Assembly: GCA_027251445.1 (NCBI GenBank) | Contig: JAPNQO010000106.1 | Span: forward strand, 1 to 29,627 | DNA: 29,627 bases | Source of the DNA: Fidelibacterota bacterium | GTDB lineage: Bacteria > Fidelibacterota > Marinisomatia > Marinisomatales > TCS55 | Direction: 5' to 3' | In this document: positions 9,527-17,320 of the stretch, in pieces | Layout of the letters: the number at the start of each line of letters is the position of its first letter | Position numbering within the stretch: the stretch's first letter is position 1 | The notes under the pieces: model-generated | Databases searched by the model: none | The model's input: the letters and a program-made list of their open reading frames with translations, nothing else | What the model was told of the DNA's origin: nothing | Made by a program: the position numbers and the translations under genes

Positions 9527-10629
9527 TGTTATACGAACTTCTATTACCTCTCAAAGCCTATTATTCTCCATTAAATTTGTTTCAGTACATAACTTTTCGT
9601 TCAGCGTCAGCTGCAATCTTAGCGCTTTTTATAAGCTTCCTCATCGGGCCATGGATTATCCACAAACTGCGTTTTCATCAAATAGGTGAAGAAATACGCT
9701 CATCCGGACCCGAATCGCACCTCGTGAAGAAGGGCACGCCAACTATGGGGGGGATCATTATTCTAGGATCTGTGATCCTCCCAACCCTTCTGTTTGCTGA
9801 TTTATCAAATACATTTATTCAAATAATTCTATTATCATTAGTATGGATGGGAGCTATAGGTTTTTTGGATGATTATCTAAAAGTAGTAAAAAAATTCGAA
9901 AAAGGGTTGATTGGTAAATATAAACTAATTGGTCAAATATCTCTTGGTATGGTAATTAGTTATTGGATATACAATACCCCTGAATATGCAAATATAGTTT
10001 CATCTACGAGTATCCCATTTCTAAAGAATTACACTATAGATTTTGGATTATTTTACCCACTAATTATTATTCTTGTTATAACAGGTACATCAAATGCTGT
10101 CAACCTAACAGACGGATTAGATGGGTTAGCTGCTGGTCTATTAGCTATTTCTTTTGCTGTTTTTTCCGCAATTGCTTATATAAGTGGCAGAGTTGATTTT
10201 TCAGAGTATTTAAATATAATGTATTTACCTGGTGCTGGAGAATTAACTGTTTTCACTGCAGCTATCACAGGTGCATGTATTGGATATCTTTGGTTTAATA
10301 CAAGTCCAGCTGAAGTATTTATGGGCGATATTGGATCATTATCAACTGGAGCTGCATTAGGTGCTTTAGCGGTCCTGCTTAAGAAAGAACTATTATTAGC
10401 AATCATTGGTGGGGTTTTTGTGTGGGAAGCTTTAAGCGTAATGATTCAAGTTACTTATTTCCGATGGACAAAATATAAATTTGGAGAAGGAGAAAGATTT
10501 TTCAAAATGGCCCCTATTCACCATCATTTCGAACTAAAAGGTTGGCCGGAATCACGAATAGTTGTTCGGTTTTGGATAATTGGAATCCTATTTGCCCTTT
10601 TCTCACTTACAACATTTAAGATAAGATAA
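9526..10629 (+). CDS. mraY: Phospho-N-acetylmuramoyl-pentapeptide transferase MraY
   Basis: KKGTPTMGG, GFLDDY, SNAVNLTDGLDGLA, FMGDIGS, MAPIHHHFE; multiple TM segments. Confidence 0.98.
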   Translation: MLYELLLPLKAYYSPLNLFQYITFRSASAAILALFISFLIGPWIIHKLRFHQIGEEIRSSGPESHLVKKGTPTMGGIIILGSVILPTLLFADLSNTFIQIILLSLVWMGAIGFLDDYLKVVKKFEKGLIGKYKLIGQISLGMVISYWIYNTPEYANIVSSTSIPFLKNYTIDFGLFYPLIIILVITGTSNAVNLTDGLDGLAAGLLAISFAVFSAIAYISGRVDFSEYLNIMYLPGAGELTVFTAAITGACIGYLWFNTSPAEVFMGDIGSLSTGAALGALAVLLKKELLLAIIGGVFVWEALSVMIQVTYFRWTKYKFGEGERFFKMAPIHHHFELKGWPESRIVVRFWIIGILFALFSLTTFKIR

Positions 10630-12011
10630 TGAATATTAAAGACCGAGATAAAATAGAAATAAAAGGGAAAAAAGTTGTTGTTCTCGGTCTCGCCCTCAGT
10701 GGAGTATCAGCTGCAACACTAGCTATCTATAAAGGCGCAGATGTATTCGTTAGCGATCAAGGTAATTCAGAATCTTTAACTGATTCTTTTAATGAACTAA
10801 AAAAGATTGGTTCAAAAGGAGAGATAGGAAAACATAGTGATAAAATTTATGATGCAGATCTTTGGGTAATATCTCCTGGAATTCCACAAAATTCAAAATT
10901 AATTGAAAACGCAATAGTAAAGAAAATTCCTGTTGTTAGTGAAATAGAGTTTGCGAGTTGGTATACAGAAGCTCCCATCATAGCAATAACGGGTAGTAAT
11001 GGAAAAACTACAACTGCCCACATACTTGAAAAAATGGTTCAAACTGATGAATTGCATGGTCTGATGGCAGGTAATGTAGGTATCCCCTTTTCTAGTATGG
11101 TATTAAATGATTTAAACAATCCAAATTCTAAAAGAGTTTGGATTTTAGAAATTTCAAGTTTTCAAATGGAATTTATAGTTCATTTTAAACCGTTTATTTC
11201 AATATTTCTCAATATTACGCCAGATCACTTGGATAGATATAATTCCATGAAAGAGTATATAGCTGCAAAAATGAATATGTGCTCAAATCAAAGTAAAGAT
11301 GATTTTATAGTTTATAATGTTGAGGACAATATATTGGTAGAGGAAATTGCGGAGTCCACCTCTAGAAAAATCGCCTTCGGGTTAAATTATCATCCGGAGG
11401 CGATTTTTCAACCAAATCGCACAAAGATTTATACTCAAGAGCACGCCACTCTAATTCAAATGGATGAAATTTTAATTCCTGGACAACATAATCTTTTAAA
11501 TTCATTGGCTGCTGCTACAGCTGCAAATTTAATTGGTATTCCAAATCAGGATATTTGTTCAGCTTTATCAACTTTTTCAGGTGTACCTCATCGATTAGAG
11601 AAGGTATCTGAAATAAATGGTGTTACATATATAAATGATTCAAAAGCAACAAACTTAGATGCAGTACAAGTAGCATTAAAAAGCTTCTCACAACCTGTTA
11701 TTCTCCTCTTAGGAGGCATGGATAAGGGTGGTGATTTTCGATCACTCCTTCCTCATACCCACAAGTACCTCAAAACAGTGATCGCATTCGGGCAAGCTAA
11801 GGAAATAATACTCCTAGCAGTTGGGGATGCGGTAAGATCTACCTCGGCAATGGATCTTAATGAAGCCCTAAGTCTTGCCCAGAACTACAGCCAACCTGGA
11901 GATATAGTTTTATTGTCTCCAGGTTGCGCGAGTTTTGATCAGTTTGATAATTTTGAACAACGTGGTAATCATTTTAGAGAATTAGTAAATACTATAGCAG
12001 TAGAATCATGA
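10629..12011 (+). CDS. murD: UDP-MurNAc-L-Ala:D-Glu ligase MurD
   Basis: ITGSNGKTTT, GNVG, LEISSFQ, NITPDHLDRY, NDSKATN, LLSPGCASFDQF. Confidence 0.97.
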   Translation: MNIKDRDKIEIKGKKVVVLGLALSGVSAATLAIYKGADVFVSDQGNSESLTDSFNELKKIGSKGEIGKHSDKIYDADLWVISPGIPQNSKLIENAIVKKIPVVSEIEFASWYTEAPIIAITGSNGKTTTAHILEKMVQTDELHGLMAGNVGIPFSSMVLNDLNNPNSKRVWILEISSFQMEFIVHFKPFISIFLNITPDHLDRYNSMKEYIAAKMNMCSNQSKDDFIVYNVEDNILVEEIAESTSRKIAFGLNYHPEAIFQPNRTKIYTQEHATLIQMDEILIPGQHNLLNSLAAATAANLIGIPNQDICSALSTFSGVPHRLEKVSEINGVTYINDSKATNLDAVQVALKSFSQPVILLLGGMDKGGDFRSLLPHTHKYLKTVIAFGQAKEIILLAVGDAVRSTSAMDLNEALSLAQNYSQPGDIVLLSPGCASFDQFDNFEQRGNHFRELVNTIAVES

Positions 12012-13162
12012 AATACATTGATGTTATATCAAAGAAATATGATCACTATCTTCTAGGTGGCGTTGTACTTCTATGCATAATTGGAACGGTTATGTTATTT
12101 AGTGCAAGTAATTCTATTTCTTTAGATCAATCCCAAAGAGCTACAGCTACCCTTTATTTACAAGCACATTTAAAAAGATTATTATTAGGAGCTTTTGTAA
12201 TGTTTTCTGTAATGTTCGTTGACTACCGAAATTTGAAATTTATTGCAAGATATTTGTTAATTGGATCAATAGTGTTATTACTTATAACCAAGATTAGTTA
12301 TTGGCTCCAAGGAAATAACTCACCTGCAAGATGGCTATACGTTAGTGGGTTTTCTGTTCAAACATCAGATATTGCTAGATTATCTATAATTATATTTCTA
12401 GCTACTTATATAGATCATTATAGAGATAGAATAAAGGATTTTTATAATGGTTTTTCAATACCAATTATTATTCTAGCAATTACAATGGGTTTAATTGTAA
12501 TCCAACCTGATTTTAGTTCTGCTGCAATGATTGGTTTAATTGGGTTTATGATGCTATTTGTTGGAGGAGCAAAAATTTCTCATTTAATGGCAACAGGTGC
12601 TGTTTCACTTATGATTCTTACGCCCATTATGTTAATGAAGCCATATCGTTTACAAAGGGTATTAACTTTTTTTTATGGAGAATCTGCTGGGATACAAGAA
12701 TCGTATCAGATAAAGCAGTCTTTAATTAGCCTAGGTAATGGAGGATTTATGGGCTTAGGCCTAGGTAATAGCTTAGGTAAAAATTTATTTCTTCCTACTC
12801 CACATACAGATTTTATTTTTGCTATAATAGGTGAAGAGCTTGGATTGTTAGGTACGGTATTTATTTTGACAACTTTTGTATTTATTTTTCAAAGAGGTAT
12901 AAAAATAGCCAAGGAAAGTACTGACACTTTTGGTATCCTTCTTGCTATCGGTATTAGTTTTAATTTTATACTGTACGGTTTTATAAATGCAGCCGTTGTT
13001 ACTGGTGTTGTCCCAACTACAGGACTGCCAATGCCCTTTATTAGCTATGGTGGTTCTGGTCTTTTAATAAACCTGATAAGTATGGGAATACTTTTAAATA
13101 TTAGTCAAGCAAAACGATCTTTGATTCATAAAAGTGGATGGAGCCCGAGGGTATATGGATGA
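12008..13162 (+). CDS. ftsW: SEDS peptidoglycan polymerase FtsW
   Basis: ARW, QPDF, LPTPHTDFIFAIIGEELG, PTTGLPMPFISYGGS; polytopic membrane protein between murD and murG. Confidence 0.95.
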   Translation: MKYIDVISKKYDHYLLGGVVLLCIIGTVMLFSASNSISLDQSQRATATLYLQAHLKRLLLGAFVMFSVMFVDYRNLKFIARYLLIGSIVLLLITKISYWLQGNNSPARWLYVSGFSVQTSDIARLSIIIFLATYIDHYRDRIKDFYNGFSIPIIILAITMGLIVIQPDFSSAAMIGLIGFMMLFVGGAKISHLMATGAVSLMILTPIMLMKPYRLQRVLTFFYGESAGIQESYQIKQSLISLGNGGFMGLGLGNSLGKNLFLPTPHTDFIFAIIGEELGLLGTVFILTTFVFIFQRGIKIAKESTDTFGILLAIGISFNFILYGFINAAVVTGVVPTTGLPMPFISYGGSGLLINLISMGILLNISQAKRSLIHKSGWSPRVYG

Positions 13163-14255
13163 GGAGATACGCATAATGATTGCTGGAGGAGGAACTGGTG
13201 GACATCTATACCCTGCATTAGCAATTGGTGAAGAGATTATGCAACGCACCTCAAATGTAAAAGTGCATTATATTGGTTCAGAGTTTGGACTAGAAGCAAA
13301 TATATTTCCACGTAAGGGTCTATCTCATACGCTTATTCCAATTAGTGGATTTCAAAGATCATTATCAATTAAAAGTATTTTAAAAAATTTATCTTTGATA
13401 TTTCGTATACCGCTATCAATCAGAAAAATTCAATCTTTATTTGATCGAATGGATCCAAAAGTAATTGTTGGAACGGGTGGATATGCAAGTGCAATACCCG
13501 TAAAAGTTGGATTAGATAGAAATATACCAACTATGATACAAGAGCAAAATTCCTATCCTGGCTTAACTACTAGATTGTTTGCGAATAAAGCAACTGCAGT
13601 ATTTGCTGGTTCTAAAGATTCAGAGTCTTATATAAATAGTAAAATAAATGTTACAGGAAACCCTATTCGAAATGGAATTGAAAAAGGATTAAAAAAAACA
13701 GGGTATGATCTTTTTCAATTAAATAATAAAATGCCAACTGTGTTTCTTTTTGGCGGTAGCCAAGGATCTGTTCCCCTTAATAATGCTATACGTTCAATAT
13801 TAAATCTTTTTGAAGAAAATGGTATTCAACTTTTATGGCAAACAGGTGAAAAAAATTATGAAAGTTTAAAAAGTCTTGAGACTGATAAAATAAAAGTTAA
13901 ACCATATATCAAAGAAATGGATTTAGCATATGCAATCTGTGATCTTGTTATTTCAAGAGCAGGTGCATTGACTTTGTCTGAGTTATTGGTCTGCGGTATG
14001 CCTAGCATCCTCCTCCCCCTTCCTACCGCTACCGCGGACCATCAGACTAAAAATGCTGCAACAATGGTAGAATCAGGTGCTGCAATTATGATAAAACAAA
14101 ATGAGTTAGATAATGATATTCTTGGAAATACAATTATTGAACTTATTAATGACAAAAATAAATTAAAAAACATGAGTGCTAACGCACTTAGGATAGCAAA
14201 ACCAGGTGCTACAAAGGATATTGTAAAAAATATATTAGAGGTAGCTAAAGTTTAA
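13155..14255 (+). CDS. murG: Lipid II GlcNAc transferase MurG
   Basis: AGGGTGGHLYP, TGGYAS, EQNSYPG, TGNPIR, GGSQGS, SRAGA, DHQTKNA. Start most likely ATG 13155. Confidence 0.97.
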   Translation: MDEEIRIMIAGGGTGGHLYPALAIGEEIMQRTSNVKVHYIGSEFGLEANIFPRKGLSHTLIPISGFQRSLSIKSILKNLSLIFRIPLSIRKIQSLFDRMDPKVIVGTGGYASAIPVKVGLDRNIPTMIQEQNSYPGLTTRLFANKATAVFAGSKDSESYINSKINVTGNPIRNGIEKGLKKTGYDLFQLNNKMPTVFLFGGSQGSVPLNNAIRSILNLFEENGIQLLWQTGEKNYESLKSLETDKIKVKPYIKEMDLAYAICDLVISRAGALTLSELLVCGMPSILLPLPTATADHQTKNAATMVESGAAIMIKQNELDNDILGNTIIELINDKNKLKNMSANALRIAKPGATKDIVKNILEVAKV

Positions 14256-15643
14256 TGTTCAGGCATGTGAAAAAATTGCATTTTGTAGGTATTGGCGGTA
14301 TTGGGATGAGTGGGATAGCTGAATTACTTTTGAACCAAGGATTTAAAATTACAGGTTCAGATATAAATGATTCAAAGGTCATTCGGAACCTAAAAGATAA
14401 AGGCGCTGAAATTTTTATTGGACATGATACTAAAAACTTAACTGATGCAGATGTATTAGTTTATTCCAGTGCAGTAAATAGAGACAATCCAGAAATTATT
14501 TCTGCAATGAATAAGCATATACCTATTATTCGTAGAGCAGAAATGCTTGGCGAATTAATAGCATTAAAAGAAACAAGCATTGGGGTTGCTGGTACTCACG
14601 GTAAAACCAGTACTTCTTCAATGGTGGGTGCAATGTTAAGCAAAGCAAACTTAGATCCTACTTTAGTAGTTGGAGGTCTAGTTCGGAATATTAATACCAA
14701 TTCATTACTAGGTGAAGGTGAAATAATAGTAGTAGAAGCAGATGAGTTTGATAGAAGCTTTTTATCGTTGCAACCTACAATTGGAATTATAACAAATATT
14801 GAACTTGAGCATACTGACTGCTATGAGGATATATATGATTTACAAAATGCTTTTACACAATTTGCAAATGCATCTCCTTTTTATGGTGCGGTTATTATTG
14901 GCAATCAAAGTCCAGCAGCGGCAGATATTATTCAAAATATTAAAAGACCAGTAATCACTTTTGGATTAACGAAAAAAAGCGATTTCTATGCTAGTGATAT
15001 AGCACATAATAAATCTGAAACAACCTTTGCAGTTTTTTATAAACAAAAAAGACTGGGGGTGATTCATTTACAAGTTCCAGGTGAACATAATGTTTTAAAT
15101 GCTCTTGCATCTGTTGCTCTGGGTGTGGAGATGAATATCCCATTCCATGATATTGCTGCAGGACTGGAATCTTATAAAGGTGTCAGGAGAAGATTTGATA
15201 TAAAAGGAGAAGCAAATGATATAATGGTTGTAGATGATTATGCTCATCATCCAACAGAAGTTCGTGTAACACTTGATAGCGCTCGAAATGGCTGGAGCCG
15301 TAGAATTATAGCTGTATTTCAACCACATTTATTTTCAAGAACTAAAGCTTTTTATCAAGAGTTTGCAATAGCCCTTATGGAAGCAGACATCTTAATTATT
15401 ACTGATGTATTTCCCGCACGCGAAAAACCAATTGAAGGTGTTACAGGTAAAATGGTTGCAGATTTTGCTAAAAAATCAGGACATAAAAATGTTTATTATC
15501 TTGAAAAACTTGAAAACCTTGAAAAGAAGCTAGACAACCTGTCTCACCCAAATGATATGATAATTACAATTGGAGCCGGAAATATTTGGAGGTATGCAGA
15601 GTCTTATATGAATCATTTAAATAATTTAGGGGAAGCAGCCTGA
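14255..15643 (+). CDS. murC: UDP-MurNAc:L-Ala ligase MurC
   Basis: HFVGIGGIGMSG, AGTHGKTST, EADEFD, DDYAHHPTE, FQPH, GAG. Confidence 0.98.
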   Translation: MFRHVKKLHFVGIGGIGMSGIAELLLNQGFKITGSDINDSKVIRNLKDKGAEIFIGHDTKNLTDADVLVYSSAVNRDNPEIISAMNKHIPIIRRAEMLGELIALKETSIGVAGTHGKTSTSSMVGAMLSKANLDPTLVVGGLVRNINTNSLLGEGEIIVVEADEFDRSFLSLQPTIGIITNIELEHTDCYEDIYDLQNAFTQFANASPFYGAVIIGNQSPAAADIIQNIKRPVITFGLTKKSDFYASDIAHNKSETTFAVFYKQKRLGVIHLQVPGEHNVLNALASVALGVEMNIPFHDIAAGLESYKGVRRRFDIKGEANDIMVVDDYAHHPTEVRVTLDSARNGWSRRIIAVFQPHLFSRTKAFYQEFAIALMEADILIITDVFPAREKPIEGVTGKMVADFAKKSGHKNVYYLEKLENLEKKLDNLSHPNDMIITIGAGNIWRYAESYMNHLNNLGEAA

Positions 15644-15644
15644 T

Positions 15645-16565
15645 TTGGATGCAATTAATATGTTAAATAAAAAAGTTAAAGGGTCATTTTTAACAGATGA
15701 GCCAATGGCAAAGCACACATCATACGGCATAGGTGGGCCTGCGCAAGCATATATTACTCCATCAGATCAAAAAGACTTAAAACAGATATTACTTTTTGCT
15801 AAAGATAATAGAATTAAAACATTTTTTGCAGGATCTGGGTCAAATCTATTAGTAGCAGATGAAGGGTATGAAGGAATAGTAATAACGCTTGGAAAATCAT
15901 TTACCAAATTGAATATAGATGGTAATAAAGTAGTAGCTGAAGTAGGTGTTATGCTTGGTAAGATAGTTAAAGAAACAATAAAGAGAAATCTTACAGGGAT
16001 GGAAAGTATGATTGGGGTTCCTGGAACCTTGGGTGGAGCATTAATTATGAATGCAGGTGCCTTTGGGGGAGAAATTTCAAATTCACTTGATGAAATAACT
16101 GTTATGTTAATGACTGGCGAAACAAAAATTTACCAAAAGCATGATATAGATTTTAGTTATCGTAATTCTACTTTTCCCAAAGATGAAATTCTTTTATCAG
16201 CATCTTTTAACTTAAAAGAAAAATCAACAGATGAAATTCAATATGATAGAGCCAAGGCAAGTAAAGGCCGAAAAGATACCCAACCACTTCGTTTTCGTTC
16301 AGCTGGAAGTGTATTCAAAAACCCTAAACCTGATCTAGCAGCCGGATATTTAATAGATCAAGCTGGATTAAAAGGGACAAGGGTTGGAGATGCAGAAATA
16401 TCAACAAAGCATGCAAACTTCTTTATAAACCACGGAAAAGCTAAGGCTAAAGACATTGTTAGTCTGATTTTGCTTGCTAAAAAAGTAGTCTTAGAAAAAT
16501 TTGATGTGAACTTAGAATTAGAAATTAGGACACTGGGGTTTGCTCCAGGAACATTCAAAGTATGA
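15645..16565 (+). CDS. murB: UDP-N-acetylenolpyruvoylglucosamine reductase MurB
   Basis: HTSYGIGG, GSGSNLL, GVPGTLGGALIMNAGA, SAGSVFKNP, KHANF, LELE. Start is TTG 15645 or ATG 15660. Confidence 0.96.
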   Translation: MDAINMLNKKVKGSFLTDEPMAKHTSYGIGGPAQAYITPSDQKDLKQILLFAKDNRIKTFFAGSGSNLLVADEGYEGIVITLGKSFTKLNIDGNKVVAEVGVMLGKIVKETIKRNLTGMESMIGVPGTLGGALIMNAGAFGGEISNSLDEITVMLMTGETKIYQKHDIDFSYRNSTFPKDEILLSASFNLKEKSTDEIQYDRAKASKGRKDTQPLRFRSAGSVFKNPKPDLAAGYLIDQAGLKGTRVGDAEISTKHANFFINHGKAKAKDIVSLILLAKKVVLEKFDVNLELEIRTLGFAPGTFKV

Positions 16566-17320
16566 AGCGTAAGAAAAAAAATAAAATAGAATTAATTATT
16601 TGTTCCACCATTTCATTAATTATTATGCTCCTAATATATGTATCATTTAGCTGGTCAAGTTATACAAAGTTATCTCAATTAAAAGAAATAAGGATCTCTG
16701 GTAGTTCTATTATATCTGATAAAGAATATTCCTCAAAACTAGAACCATTAAAAGGAGTAGAATTAGAAGAGATTAACTTAAGAGAGGTAAGTATTCTATT
16801 AGAAAGCCATCCATATGTTAAAGCTGCTAGAGTATCTCGCCAATACCCTTCTACCCTATCAGTAGAAATTGTAGAAAGACAGCCTGTTGCAATGCTAAAT
16901 ATAGATCCAATTTTAATGCTTGATCGCGATGGAATTATTTTACCAGATCAAGGAAAAGCGGATGATTACATTATTCCATTTTTATCCGGATTTAACCCTG
17001 CGAAAGAACTATATCCAGCTGGTCAACAAACAATTTCTGTAAAAGTACAAGAAACAATGGAGTTAATTACTAGGATAGTAGATACATATCCTTCACTATA
17101 TGGTAATATATCCGAAGTAACTCTTAATGCTAATGATGAATATGTTATTATTCTTGCAGATTATCCAACTAAAGTAATTTTGGGAAATATTGATATATGG
17201 TCAAAGATTGAAATATTGGGAAAGTTTAAAAACTCTCTGAGAAATAAGCGTCAATTAAGTGATTATAATTATCTTGATCTACGCTATACAAATCAAGTAA
17301 TCGCTAAGGAACGCGTATGA
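16562..17320 (+). CDS. ftsQ: Cell division protein FtsQ/DivIB
   Basis: Basic N-terminus, TM helix, POTRA-like region (HPYVKAARVSRQYPSTLSVEIVERQP), C-terminal YLDLRY; lies before ftsA. Confidence 0.9.
   Translation: MKRKKKNKIELIICSTISLIIMLLIYVSFSWSSYTKLSQLKEIRISGSSIISDKEYSSKLEPLKGVELEEINLREVSILLESHPYVKAARVSRQYPSTLSVEIVERQPVAMLNIDPILMLDRDGIILPDQGKADDYIIPFLSGFNPAKELYPAGQQTISVKVQETMELITRIVDTYPSLYGNISEVTLNANDEYVIILADYPTKVILGNIDIWSKIEILGKFKNSLRNKRQLSDYNYLDLRYTNQVIAKERV

Noticed and set aside
9747..9753. G7 run in mraY as a phase-variation tract
   Set aside because: Short, in an essential gene, encodes the conserved Met-Gly-Gly, and is better explained by pairing with 9773-9782.
10668..10674. AAAAAAG as a -1 frameshift slippery site in murD
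   Set aside because: Read as AAA-AAA-G in the murD frame, not the required A-AAA-AAG register.
11382..11392. Loop of the 17-bp murD stem complementary to TGATAATTT at 11945-11953
   Set aside because: A 9-nt, almost all-AU match is too likely by chance at this base composition.
12729..12780. Repeated GCCTAGGTAAT in ftsW
   Set aside because: Reflects the repeated LGN peptide in the conserved Gly-rich FtsW motif.
15500..15525. CTTGAAAA repeated three times in murC
   Set aside because: Simple coding repeat (LEK-LEN-LEK), in frame.
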